A DNA stretch of 64,000 nt, from the NCBI GenBank assembly GCA_000002435.2, contig CM018792.1. One strand, 5' to 3'. A program made the position numbers and the translations under genes. Origin of the DNA: Giardia intestinalis (lineage: Eukaryota). Below are positions 10,243 through 20,091 of the stretch, piece by piece (within the stretch, counting starts at the first letter, position 1; the number at the start of each line of letters is the position of its first letter). Below the pieces are notes generated by a model. That model made no database searches, was not told where the DNA came from, and saw only the letters and a list, made by a program, of their open reading frames with translations.

Positions 10243-11991
10243 TTAGTGCATGTTATCGTTCCCCTCCTTCTTGGACTCAAAGACACAATCCATCCCCTTG
10301 AAGTTCCAAAGGGGCTTCCACTGGTCGATGATTGTACATGTTCCTTGAATATGCTTTGTGATGTGGGCCACGGGCTTATATGCATCCGGGGCCTCATCAA
10401 TAACCTCTTGCTGCAGGCATGTTGAGTAAATGCCCTTCATTTGCTCGATGACCGTTTCCAGCTTGATGCTCCGCTTTGCTGCTATGCGTGACATTATTCG
10501 ACCTGCGCCGTGGGGTGCCGTACAGTTCCAATCTGGGTTTCCTAAACCCTTGCAAACGAGGATACCATCTCGCATATTCATGGGGATAATAAGAATGTCG
10601 TCCTTGTTTGCTCGAATGGACCCCTTGCGCATTATTTTAGATTGTAAGTCAATGTAATTATGAATGCAATCTGTGTAAAATAGCGAATCCATGAATGTAG
10701 CAATTGCCTGAGCACGGATGCCAGGATCAAAGTCGTCGTCCCAAATTCCACGCGCCTGGACGGGTATACCAGAAAGAGAGCAATATATGTTAAAGGCTAT
10801 GACTAGACGGTTCAGCTTCGCAAACAATTGGCAAAACTTCATGGCGCGAAGATAGTCCTCGGCTCCTAAAGACTGGTAAAGACACGCGACATTAGGGTTC
10901 TTCACTAGTATCGCTTTGTACGCTTCTATGTCTTCTTCAGTAGTGCCTAAAGGAAAGACACTAAGGTAGTCGTATGAAGACGCAACGAGTTTGCAGCGGC
11001 TTAGATACTCCACAGCTCGGGCATTGATTCGGCGCGTGAGCTCGGCCTTGTACTCTTTGACAGGCAACGCTTGGGCGGAAGCATCCTGTTTTAGCTCCTC
11101 TTGGATCTCATCCCGCAACTTCAAATAGAATGCCTTTTTATCCTCAGCAGAAATAGGTAAGGTGAGACCGGGATTCTCGGCCGATAACTCAGTAGGCATC
11201 TTCTTCAATGCCTGAAGATTGTTGAACAGGAGCTTAAAGAAAGGGGATGTATCATTCACCAGGAGCTCAGCTGGCTCTATCCCCAAAAGAACCTTTGTGA
11301 CAATCTCCGCTGCAGATATGAACTTGGACGCGATGGCCCCGCCAAGACCTCTACTGCCAGAGTGGACAACTATGTAACCTTCACCGCTCTTTGCCGAATC
11401 AAGCTCGACAAAGTGGTTCCCAGAGCCTAAAGTCCCACAGCACTTCATCAAACTATGGAACGTAAACCTCAAGTCCAGATAGTCATGCCAGTATTCGAAT
11501 TCGGCAACAAAGTCGTCATAGCTAAGTAGTCCAGATGCCTCTGGACAGTATTTGGACAGGCACGGCAAGAGATGTGATAGCATTCGCTTAAACCGGGCTT
11601 CCGAAACGTCTTGATGGAATCCAGTGGGACCCCCAGGAACGGCATGTTTTCCATAATATCCTGCTGGGACTTCTTTGTGTACAATCTCATCTAAGTTCTT
11701 CAAGAACGATTGGTCACTGATCTTCCCCTCATATGGTTCTAATAGTTTATTGGGGAGCCGTATGACAAACATTCCACACCCTATATCGACGCCTATGATG
11801 CTAGGAATAATACAGGTATCGTAAGGCGCGGAGAATCCCACAATTGTTCCTTTGCCTGAATGACAATCCGGCATGACCCTTATCGGTTGGTTGACAAAAA
11901 AGGGGAGTTTCGCCAGTTCTTTCAACATTGCAATCGTGCCGTCCTCTGGCTGCTCGGCAAAGATCTTAACATTGGATGGTAGCGATGTCAT
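10243..11991 (-). CDS. rtcB: RNA-splicing ligase RtcB (tRNA ligase, 3'-phosphate/5'-OH type)
   Basis: RtcB metal and GTP-binding motifs are present: PDCHSGKG, GSGNHFVE, HSGSRGLG, and C-terminal PHGAGR. Convergent with the kinesin at 7007, with only 14 bp between the two stop codons. Confidence 0.8.
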   Translation of the reverse strand: MTSLPSNVKIFAEQPEDGTIAMLKELAKLPFFVNQPIRVMPDCHSGKGTIVGFSAPYDTCIIPSIIGVDIGCGMFVIRLPNKLLEPYEGKISDQSFLKNLDEIVHKEVPAGYYGKHAVPGGPTGFHQDVSEARFKRMLSHLLPCLSKYCPEASGLLSYDDFVAEFEYWHDYLDLRFTFHSLMKCCGTLGSGNHFVELDSAKSGEGYIVVHSGSRGLGGAIASKFISAAEIVTKVLLGIEPAELLVNDTSPFFKLLFNNLQALKKMPTELSAENPGLTLPISAEDKKAFYLKLRDEIQEELKQDASAQALPVKEYKAELTRRINARAVEYLSRCKLVASSYDYLSVFPLGTTEEDIEAYKAILVKNPNVACLYQSLGAEDYLRAMKFCQLFAKLNRLVIAFNIYCSLSGIPVQARGIWDDDFDPGIRAQAIATFMDSLFYTDCIHNYIDLQSKIMRKGSIRANKDDILIIPMNMRDGILVCKGLGNPDWNCTAPHGAGRIMSRIAAKRSIKLETVIEQMKGIYSTCLQQEVIDEAPDAYKPVAHITKHIQGTCTIIDQWKPLWNFKGMDCVFESKKEGNDNMH

Positions 11992-12356
11992 GGGAAATTG
12001 CTTTTTGTGAAATGATCTTTTACATAAAGCTTTTAGTCATGTGGGAGGGGCTACGGCACTATCGCACTCCACTAAGTCAAGAGGCATGTGTTCATGTCTA
12101 CCATAAATGGCGGAGTACATGGACATTTCAACTAGTATTTGTTACGCTGCTATCTTCTTCGTAGTTGCCATATTGTGAATAGCACAATCACTATTTACAC
12201 AAATGCTGTTTACTTCCCTACAAATTTGACATTTTATATGAAGGCGCAGATCAGCAATATTTTTCACCACATCTATTAAGCCATCGTCCCCTTTAGACAT
12301 AAGTGGAGTAGACACTCTCATTTGAACATGTCTTAAATGGCACAGGCTGGAGCTTT

Positions 12357-13541
12357 GACAAAAAAGAAATGCCGGTGACAGGGGTCAAGGTCGCGGTGCG
12401 CGTCCGGCCGTTCAACGCGCGCGAGAAGAAGGAGGCGGCGCGGCTCTGCGTCGACATGCCGGGCGGGGGGAAGGTCGTCCTCCGGGACGCAGACGCGAAG
12501 AAGCCCGACGCGGCGTTCGTCTACGACCACGCGTACTGGTCCCACGACGCGAGCCGCCCGTGCGCGACCCAGGACACGGTCTACGCAGACATCGGGCCGA
12601 GCGTCCTCGACAACGCGTTCGAGGGCTACAACTACACGCTCTTCGCGTACGGCCAGACGGGCTCCGGGAAGTCGTACTCGATGATGGGCGCGCCCGCGAG
12701 CGAGGCCGACGCAGGGATCATCCCGCGGGTCGGGCGCGAGCTCTTCCGCCGCGCCGCCGCCTCGCCCGCCGAGACGCAGGTCTCCGTCTCGTTCCTCGAG
12801 ATCTACAACGAGCGGCTCCGGGACCTCCTCGTCCCCGCCGCGGGCGCCCAGGAGCTCCGGATCCGCCAGGACCCCGCGGCGGGCGTCTTCGTCCAGAACC
12901 TCAGCCACCACGCGGTCGCCGACTACGACGCGATCCAGCGCCTGATCGAGCTCGGGGACCGGAACCGGACGGTCGCGGCGACGAACATGAACGCGACGAG
13001 CTCGCGCTCGCACTCCGTCTTCGCGATCGAGGTCGTCCAGACGGCGGTCCTCCGGAACGACGCGGGCGAGGAGGTCGGGCGCCACGTCAAGCGCGCCCGG
13101 GTGAGCCTCGTCGACCTCGCGGGGTCCGAGCGCCAGGGCAAGACGGGCGCGACGGGCGACCGCCTGACGGAGGGCATCAGCATCAACAAGTCCCTGACGA
13201 CCCTCGGGCGCGTCATCGAGGCGCTCGCGTACAACACGACCGCGGAGGGCCGCCGGAAGCCCCAGCACGTCCCGTACCGCGACTCCCAGCTGACGTACCT
13301 CCTCCAGCCCGCGCTCGGGGGCAACTCGATGACGTGCATGATCGCCGCGATCTCGCCTGCGTCGACGAACTACGACGAGAGCCTCTCGACCCTCCGCTAC
13401 GCAGACCGCGCCCACCAGATCGAGAACACCGTCACGAAGAACGAGTCTGCCCAGGAGAAGTACATCCGCGAGCTCGAGGACCGCGTCAAGGAGCTCGAGG
13501 CCCTCCTCGCCGGGGGCGCCCCCGCCGGGGACGCAGGTGCC
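12357..13541. repeat. Inverted repeat copy A (about 1.18 kb, ~75% GC), partner at 44303-45487
   Basis: By direct comparison, nucleotides 12369-13541 are the reverse complement of 45475-44303. The only difference I found is a/g at codon 21. Identity extends about 12 nt upstream of the ATG (aaaaagaaatg) and ends at ...gacgcaggtgc. Confidence 0.85.
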
Positions 13542-15449
13542 GGCAATGATGCGTCAAGCACTAACGTTTCCCAAATGCAGGATATCCTTGAAGAGTATAA
13601 GCGCATGCTTGACGAGGCAAACGTTGATAATGCAAAACGCCTCGAGGACGCAGAAAGAGAAAACAAGGCTTTGGAAGAAAGCCTCAACCAATTTGGTCTG
13701 TTAAAAGACTCTCCAACTCACTCCTACCTTCTCTCTCTTAATGAAGATCCTTTGCTTTCTGGCTTGCTGCGTTACAGAATCGTAGGAAAAGAGACAGACA
13801 AGAGTCATTACGTTGCTGTGTTCGGAAATCAAGAGACTGAAAACCCGAAGTTTGATGATTCCATCGTGCTTGCCAACAAGCTTGGCCTTGAATTCGAGCA
13901 TTTCACCATCACATATACAGCTACTGACAATAAGTATGTCCTTGCGTGCCTTTCTGAGACAGAACCTGTCATGCTTAATGGTGATTATCAGCTTCATGAC
14001 ATGGAGCCTGCTACTCTCTTCCACGGAGACTTCCTTAAGTGCGGAGATGGTAACGGAGCATACTACGTGTTTGTCGATCCTAAGCAACAAGAGGCCAATC
14101 CTCTTCAGATATCTCTGCTCTATGATGAGGCGGTCTCCCAGTTTGTTTCAAAGAATGGGACTATTAATCCATTGAACAAGCTTCCTGATCAATACACAGA
14201 GGAGGAGCAACACTCTACAGATGGCCAGCCTGCACAAGATGAACAGGTTTCACCGCCTTCCAGCTCCATCGATATAGAGCGCAATAAGCAGCGCCTCAAG
14301 GAAAAAGAGAAGTATCTACAGATACGTGATGAGATGCTTGATCTATTCCCCAAGCTTTGTGAGGCATCCCAGTTGGCTCGCTATTTCGGCCAGCAGATTG
14401 AGTATTCCATGGACTACGCCACTACCATTGAACAAACAAAGTCTGGATTTCCTAGTTTGAACTACGAGATATCAGTCCAGGCCTCCGTGCGGGTGTATAA
14501 TCCTGGGTTTGAAGAGTACACAAGTGATATCCACACGTGGTCGGTCACTAAGTTCCTGCGCAAGTATTCGGCACTACGTGCTCTCTTCTCCCACGCAGTG
14601 GAAATCAACGATAAGGCCAAGGCTATTGAAGACATGGAGCGTGAGCTCGCGAATGACCCGTGTCTTGGTCTTGATCATCCATTTAGGATGGATGAATCAG
14701 CCCTTCCGGAGTATGATGAATGGACACACTTCATTGGAGAGCTTCAGCTGAATATAGCAGACCTGTGCAAGACTTACACCATTTCTCGTAGACGCCTGCC
14801 AATCTTGAACCCTACTACCCGCGAGGTCATCAGCGATGTAGAATTAGAGGCCTGTATCCCTAATCCTTGCAAGCATGATGGATATGAATGTGAGGCCTTC
14901 GCCGATAGGGTCCTTAAAGTTGGGGAACCATGCTCCATATCAATCTATGTTCACAGGCTCTATGGCATCAAGCCTTTGTATAACGCCAATGTCCATGCCG
15001 TAGTTCACAAGCCGGCGTACTTGGGTATTCCTAACTCCACCCGTCCAAACCGAACGATGACGCCCCAGGAAGAGGACAGGTATCGTAATTTCATCCTGAG
15101 CACAAACCGAGCCGTAGCTTCAAACTGTTCGGGAGAGGTGTCGATAAATCCGCACGTTCGCTCGTGGGTTACTCTAGATCTACCTCCTATCAGTCAAGAA
15201 GGCTATGACTACTTCAGCAGCGGAAAGCCTCTCTATATCTCCTTCTACGGATACTACACCCAGGTCAAGAAGCAGATCCAGAATTCTGCTATTTATAACA
15301 CAAAGGAAAACACTCTTCACATCCATAAACGCAACATTATTGCAACGAAAATGGGTCCTGTGACCACCGAGGTCCGCGACGGAAAAGAGATCAAGACCAA
15401 GGCAGAATTTTATTTCATCGACATCAATGGACCCTGTGGGGCCGAGTAA
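12369..15449 (+). CDS. Kinesin-3 family motor protein (paralog A); the first ~1.17 kb encoding the motor domain is extremely GC-rich and duplicated in inverted orientation at 44303-45475
   Basis: Has the same kinesin-3 motifs (FAYGQTGSGKSYSMMG, NMNATSSRSHSVF, VDLAGSER) and an FHA-like region (HYVAVFGNQE...NGDYQL...HGDF). Codons 1-390 have G/C at almost every third position. Composition drops to about 45% GC abruptly after 13541. Confidence 0.9.
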   Translation: MPVTGVKVAVRVRPFNAREKKEAARLCVDMPGGGKVVLRDADAKKPDAAFVYDHAYWSHDASRPCATQDTVYADIGPSVLDNAFEGYNYTLFAYGQTGSGKSYSMMGAPASEADAGIIPRVGRELFRRAAASPAETQVSVSFLEIYNERLRDLLVPAAGAQELRIRQDPAAGVFVQNLSHHAVADYDAIQRLIELGDRNRTVAATNMNATSSRSHSVFAIEVVQTAVLRNDAGEEVGRHVKRARVSLVDLAGSERQGKTGATGDRLTEGISINKSLTTLGRVIEALAYNTTAEGRRKPQHVPYRDSQLTYLLQPALGGNSMTCMIAAISPASTNYDESLSTLRYADRAHQIENTVTKNESAQEKYIRELEDRVKELEALLAGGAPAGDAGAGNDASSTNVSQMQDILEEYKRMLDEANVDNAKRLEDAERENKALEESLNQFGLLKDSPTHSYLLSLNEDPLLSGLLRYRIVGKETDKSHYVAVFGNQETENPKFDDSIVLANKLGLEFEHFTITYTATDNKYVLACLSETEPVMLNGDYQLHDMEPATLFHGDFLKCGDGNGAYYVFVDPKQQEANPLQISLLYDEAVSQFVSKNGTINPLNKLPDQYTEEEQHSTDGQPAQDEQVSPPSSSIDIERNKQRLKEKEKYLQIRDEMLDLFPKLCEASQLARYFGQQIEYSMDYATTIEQTKSGFPSLNYEISVQASVRVYNPGFEEYTSDIHTWSVTKFLRKYSALRALFSHAVEINDKAKAIEDMERELANDPCLGLDHPFRMDESALPEYDEWTHFIGELQLNIADLCKTYTISRRRLPILNPTTREVISDVELEACIPNPCKHDGYECEAFADRVLKVGEPCSISIYVHRLYGIKPLYNANVHAVVHKPAYLGIPNSTRPNRTMTPQEEDRYRNFILSTNRAVASNCSGEVSINPHVRSWVTLDLPPISQEGYDYFSSGKPLYISFYGYYTQVKKQIQNSAIYNTKENTLHIHKRNIIATKMGPVTTEVRDGKEIKTKAEFYFIDINGPCGAE

Positions 15450-15502
15450 ACCTTTGATATCCAGCTGAGTGAGTTGTGGTCGGAGTTTCTTGTAACATTA
15501 AT

Positions 15503-18500
15503 ATGGGAAGTGAACGAAATCTAAAAAACGCGAATACGGAAATGGACGTTCTCAAGACGTGTCGCTATAATGACTCCTCCTACATAGGTAGTGGGGGACT
15601 TGGCGATGTATATCGGGCAACAAGCGCCAGTTCTGGTGTGAAGGTCGCGGTACGGAGGGTGGATATATCCAAGCTATCCAAAGAAGCCTGGGCAGAGCTT
15701 TCCACCATTTGTAAGCCCTACACCAATCTTATTCATCCGAACCTAGTAAGATACTATAGCGTAACCATAGAGCAGCCCTTCCAACAACTTCTTTTGGAAA
15801 TGGAACTATGTAACGGTGGCTCTCTTCAGGATGTAATCAAAAAGATGCGGTCCGATGGGACGTCGTTTGATGAGGAAACTGTTTGGAGCATAGCCTCACA
15901 GATTGCCGCCGGGCTTTCATGGCTCCACAGCCCATTCAATGGGGTGGGGGTTGTACCTCACTGTAATATAAAGCCCTCTAACATTCTTATAGGCAGTCAA
16001 GGCGTCTTTAAGTTGACTGATTTCGGTTTACAGCACGTGCCATTTAGCAGAACCATCCCCACAAGCCAATCAGGATCGGCGCTGTATCGTGCACCGGAAC
16101 TGCGGGACGGAGCCAGCGCACCGTCGATACGATCAGATATATGGTCGTTTGGTTTGCTTCTTTGGACAATGTGTACACTCCGCCACCCTCTATTTAATCT
16201 GGATGAAGTGACAGAGGAGCCTTCTATTCGTCTCCCAACATATTCCCAAGTACTCAATGATTTAATCGAGGGTTGCCTTCGTATCAACCCTACTAGTAGA
16301 CTTACAATTACCGAAGTGGTTTCGCGCATACGCGCTAACGTGCCAACTTCACACTCTAGATCCAGCTCTACTGCACGGGCTGATACACGGACTGCCTTTC
16401 AATATAAAAACACCAACAATCTACAACCTGAAATCACAAATGAAATAGTGTCTAACGCTACCTACCTAATGAGTAGTAGGCCACGCTCCGCAACTATGGC
16501 CAAGAAGAGCCGCGTTTTTGCTGATGATCCGACTGACCAATCCATCTCTACCCCTGTTACTGGCCCAGAGCAGAAGCTAACTTCCATTCGGCCCATGAGT
16601 GGTCGCGCCTCCACATTTTCCAGAAGCAACACAGATTTATCTGTCTCACAGCAGGTCGAATGCTCGGCTCTGTTAAAACAGGACCAGCTCCCAGTAGCTA
16701 CACCCAACGGGCCAGCTTCTCTCAACATCATGAGCCGCTCTCAGGCCCCTCGAGGCAATCATGATAAGTCGGGCATGCAAGCCATGGTATCCTCTACTGC
16801 TGAGGCTAGTGAGACAGTGATTCAGTCTCGGAATAAAAACCTGGCTGAATCCTTGCGCTTTCAAGGCGCATTTCCTGTTGCTCGAGAGCGACCGCTTCAA
16901 CCAGGTGTTGGCAGACCCGTACCTACTGTTTATAGTACTACGCCATCTCCCTCTTGTCCTGTGTCTGAGCCAATTGAAGATGGACTCCGAGGCGAAGAAG
17001 ACGCTCTCTACACGAGTGGAGCTGCCATTCCTCCTGCTGCTTCAAACGAGCCGCGTGCTGAAGTTAACGACCTGCCCCACACTTTACCTGAGCAGGACGT
17101 TCCACTGAGTCCTATTGTAGATAGCCTACTTATGGCCGCACAAAATTCGCGCTCTGCGTCTCGCGCAGATAGTCGCAGTGTAAAACGTGTGCCCAAGCAT
17201 ATGTCGACTACGGAGTCGTCTATAGTTCAGCAGCCATCTCTGAAAGAATCTTTGTCCGCACCTCAAGTTTCGGGGGCCTCCGATGACGAACTATCCCGGG
17301 CAATTCTCTCAAATGACTGCAACTACTTTTCGATCGTTTTGCAAAAGCTCTATGGTGACCTTTTATCCCAGGAACTTCTTGAGTCTTGTTTCAAGCAAGC
17401 TATAGCTTTCTCTGCTCACTTGGTGCTTCCAATTCTAGCAGAGAATCTCTTAGCAGCTGGAATAAAGATCAAGACCGGCTTTGGACTAGAATCGCGACAG
17501 GGCGTGGATGTAGATTTTCCCAGCGAGCTGATGATTGCCGCGCAAAAAGGTGACGCGGGATTGGTTCGTGCCAGCCTTCGTGACATGGGGCAAATCTACA
17601 AAAATCGGACAGCTCTAATGCTCGCTGCAGAACATGGCTCTGTTGAGTGCATCAAGCTATTGCTGGGAGAGTTGGCGATACAAAATTCAATGGGGGAGAC
17701 GGCTCTTGTTCTCGCAGCTAAGAAGGGGTACGTTGATTGCATCTCTCTCTTGCACGCAGAAGGAAATCTAACCTACTCGGAGTATGATAAGTTTTCTGAC
17801 GGCGCACTCGTCTCTGGATTGACGCCCCTTATGGCATCTATTCGAAGCGGCCAGAGACACTGCATTCATGAATTCCAATATCTTCTTAAGCGACAAGCAA
17901 GCAATGGAGCAACAAGTCTGATGTATGCTGTACTGGGCGAGCTGGATGCCTGCATACCATATTTGGTGGATGAGTGTCGGATCACCGATAACCTTGGCGA
18001 GTCAGCACTCATGAAAGCAGTCGATGGCCCAAGCATGCAGGTTGTCGAGTTCCTAAGCAAGTACGAAGGAGGAATCCAGGACATAGAAGGGAGAACGGCG
18101 CTTCTACGTGCTATTCAGAACAAGAATGTAACATATGTCAAGGCCATGCTTCGCATTCAGAAGCAGTCGTCGGAGCGTGACATAGGGCTGGTTGCAAACG
18201 ATGGGACCACGCTTTTCACTGCAGCAATCAAAAGTGGTTCAGAAAACCTTATTTATCTACTCAATGCCGAGGACATGTCTGCGTCAAAATATCTCCGTTC
18301 AGGTGCGCGTTCTGCAAACATACAGAATGTTCAGCAGTCAGGGTCGGTTATTAAACTAGAAAACCCCAGCGAAGACACAGCTCAGCAAGGATCTGTTCAA
18401 CACACGCCTCAGCAGACACACCAAACGTTGGCTGAGAGGCTACAAGCGGTCAACAATTCACTTGCATCAGCCCAGCCTTCCTTATCCAAAGAACTACTCG

Positions 18501-20035
18501 ATAAGCATCAGCACGACACTCTTTTTGCACTGCTCTCCGGCGATGTTTCTGTTGATGAACTCGACTTCAGCTGCTTCCGCTCCCTTGCAGGTAAAACAGA
18601 TAGAGATGGCTACACCGCTCTAATGATAGCTGCCATCAATGGCAATCAGGCCTTTGTAGAGAAAATTGTGAGCACACCAAGCATGCACGAGGAACTAGGG
18701 AAAGTTGATCGTGAAGGGCGTAGCGCACTAATACTTTCAATACTACACCAGCGGGTGGCCTGCGCGAAGATACTCGTGACAGTGCCAGGAGAACTCGGTT
18801 GTAGCATGCCCGACGGAGTCACCCCCTTGATTCTAGCGATTCAGAAGCGATTTTATAGCATTGTCCCTTCTCTCCTAGAAGTCTCAGGGCAGCGCACCAA
18901 GGAAGGAAAGAGCGCACTTATGATAGCGATGGAACTAAATGCGCCCCTGCGTTCATTGGGGAGCCTCCCAGAAAGAGAAGCAACCCTGTGCAATGCCTTA
19001 GGGGAAAATGCACTCTTTTACACTATCAGAAACAACAAGCATCTCTATCTAGCCCGGCTTGCCGAGGTTGCCAATAATCGCCCAAATGACGCTGGGCTTT
19101 ATGCGATCAACATTGCTGTAGAACAAGATTGCTGGCAATGTTTCAAAACCATGTATGAATATGAGGCCCGCGCTGTCATTGGAACGCGAGAGGCCATCGG
19201 AGCGCCGTTCAAGACGTTGATCTTATCCATACTGCGGAACAATAGCATCCGTATACTTGAAAATATGAGTGCCCTTCTCCGTACTAAGCCTTTCAGGGTC
19301 CAACTTCCATCTACACAAGTCTCCGTGCTCGACAGTCTATCCCCCACTATGCTGGCAGCCAGAGAAGGAAACGAGGCAGAACTTTGCGCGCTGATCTGTA
19401 ATCAGCGTTCAGGCTCTAAAGCAAATGCCCATATTGTCCAAGTGTACAACGGTAGGACCGCCCTGATGGAGGCCGCAGCACGGGGCTACGCTTCTTGTGT
19501 AAGGCTACTTCTAGGTGAGGTGGGGTTTCGAGATGAAAATGGCCGCACTGCGCTGATGCTTGCAGCACAGAATGGGCACCTTGAATGCGTCCATCTGCTA
19601 CTCATAGAAGCAGGCGTTAAGACGATAACCCGCGAAACGGCTCTAACTCTTGCAGTGGCCAACGATATGACAGAGTGTGCAGATGTCCTTCTATGTAGAG
19701 AGTATTGGCTATCTGGAACCTCCTCTATGCTGCCGTTCAGTTTGGGGATACAGCACTCAAAGGCGTGTGCAGAAGTTGTCTCGATTAAGCGGGTTGTGAG
19801 TCTGTATAGGACATACTACAAGGATTATGAGGCGCAGATCGGCCGATGCCACATATGCCTCGATGAACTGTGTACTGTCCGGTGTCTTCCATGCAGTCAT
19901 GATGTTGCATGCCCGTCCTGCGTGCGAGATATTCTGGAGGCAACGCGTGCAGGAAACACTAAACGCAATCGCTGCCCAATCTGTAGAGCAGAGATTGAAA
20001 ACTGGACACAAGTATTTGTTGAAAGCAGTCTTTAG
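15503..20035 (+). CDS. Multi-domain protein: degenerate protein-kinase domain (pseudokinase, NEK-like) + large ankyrin-repeat array + C-terminal C3HC4 RING finger
   Basis: Glycine loop IGSGGLGDVY. The catalytic loop is HCNIKPSN (HRD Asp replaced), and VAVRR replaces the VAIK lysine, so it is probably inactive. Many ANK repeats span roughly 17.5-19.7 kb (TALMLAAEHGSVECIKLLL, TALMIAAINGNQAFVEKIV, TALMLAAQNGHLECVHLLL). C-terminus is CHICLDELCTVRCLPCSHDVACPSCV...CPICR. The track start at 15476 is a GTG, and the first ATGs are at 15503 and 15542. Confidence 0.75.
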   Translation: MGSERNLKNANTEMDVLKTCRYNDSSYIGSGGLGDVYRATSASSGVKVAVRRVDISKLSKEAWAELSTICKPYTNLIHPNLVRYYSVTIEQPFQQLLLEMELCNGGSLQDVIKKMRSDGTSFDEETVWSIASQIAAGLSWLHSPFNGVGVVPHCNIKPSNILIGSQGVFKLTDFGLQHVPFSRTIPTSQSGSALYRAPELRDGASAPSIRSDIWSFGLLLWTMCTLRHPLFNLDEVTEEPSIRLPTYSQVLNDLIEGCLRINPTSRLTITEVVSRIRANVPTSHSRSSSTARADTRTAFQYKNTNNLQPEITNEIVSNATYLMSSRPRSATMAKKSRVFADDPTDQSISTPVTGPEQKLTSIRPMSGRASTFSRSNTDLSVSQQVECSALLKQDQLPVATPNGPASLNIMSRSQAPRGNHDKSGMQAMVSSTAEASETVIQSRNKNLAESLRFQGAFPVARERPLQPGVGRPVPTVYSTTPSPSCPVSEPIEDGLRGEEDALYTSGAAIPPAASNEPRAEVNDLPHTLPEQDVPLSPIVDSLLMAAQNSRSASRADSRSVKRVPKHMSTTESSIVQQPSLKESLSAPQVSGASDDELSRAILSNDCNYFSIVLQKLYGDLLSQELLESCFKQAIAFSAHLVLPILAENLLAAGIKIKTGFGLESRQGVDVDFPSELMIAAQKGDAGLVRASLRDMGQIYKNRTALMLAAEHGSVECIKLLLGELAIQNSMGETALVLAAKKGYVDCISLLHAEGNLTYSEYDKFSDGALVSGLTPLMASIRSGQRHCIHEFQYLLKRQASNGATSLMYAVLGELDACIPYLVDECRITDNLGESALMKAVDGPSMQVVEFLSKYEGGIQDIEGRTALLRAIQNKNVTYVKAMLRIQKQSSERDIGLVANDGTTLFTAAIKSGSENLIYLLNAEDMSASKYLRSGARSANIQNVQQSGSVIKLENPSEDTAQQGSVQHTPQQTHQTLAERLQAVNNSLASAQPSLSKELLDKHQHDTLFALLSGDVSVDELDFSCFRSLAGKTDRDGYTALMIAAINGNQAFVEKIVSTPSMHEELGKVDREGRSALILSILHQRVACAKILVTVPGELGCSMPDGVTPLILAIQKRFYSIVPSLLEVSGQRTKEGKSALMIAMELNAPLRSLGSLPEREATLCNALGENALFYTIRNNKHLYLARLAEVANNRPNDAGLYAINIAVEQDCWQCFKTMYEYEARAVIGTREAIGAPFKTLILSILRNNSIRILENMSALLRTKPFRVQLPSTQVSVLDSLSPTMLAAREGNEAELCALICNQRSGSKANAHIVQVYNGRTALMEAAARGYASCVRLLLGEVGFRDENGRTALMLAAQNGHLECVHLLLIEAGVKTITRETALTLAVANDMTECADVLLCREYWLSGTSSMLPFSLGIQHSKACAEVVSIKRVVSLYRTYYKDYEAQIGRCHICLDELCTVRCLPCSHDVACPSCVRDILEATRAGNTKRNRCPICRAEIENWTQVFVESSL

Positions 20036-20091
20036 TTTTATATTCTATTAAACAATCTGTAAATGCAATCTCCTCCTTGGTTATGCGAACT

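Noticed and set aside
12000-12368. 377-bp divergent spacer between RtcB and kinesin A, including a 24-codon hydrophobic mini-ORF (12102-12176)
   Set aside because: No conserved motif or structure was recognised. It is probably just a larger bidirectional promoter region.
12333-13687. Long alternative-frame ORFs inside the GC-rich repeat (12333-13415 -, 12560-13549 +, 12923-13339 -, 13397-13687 -) and their mirror images at 44283-45686 -, 44429-45496 + and 44505-44921 +
   Set aside because: They are Arg/Pro/Gly/Asp-rich products of a 75% GC sequence in which stop codons are simply rare. The kinesin frame has strong motif support, so these are compositional artefacts rather than overprinted genes.
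15476-15478. ORF-track starts at GTG (15476, 26781, 42187) and TTG (45605)
   Set aside because: The window is eukaryotic. I moved these starts to the first in-frame ATG (15503, 26853, 42172, 45608).
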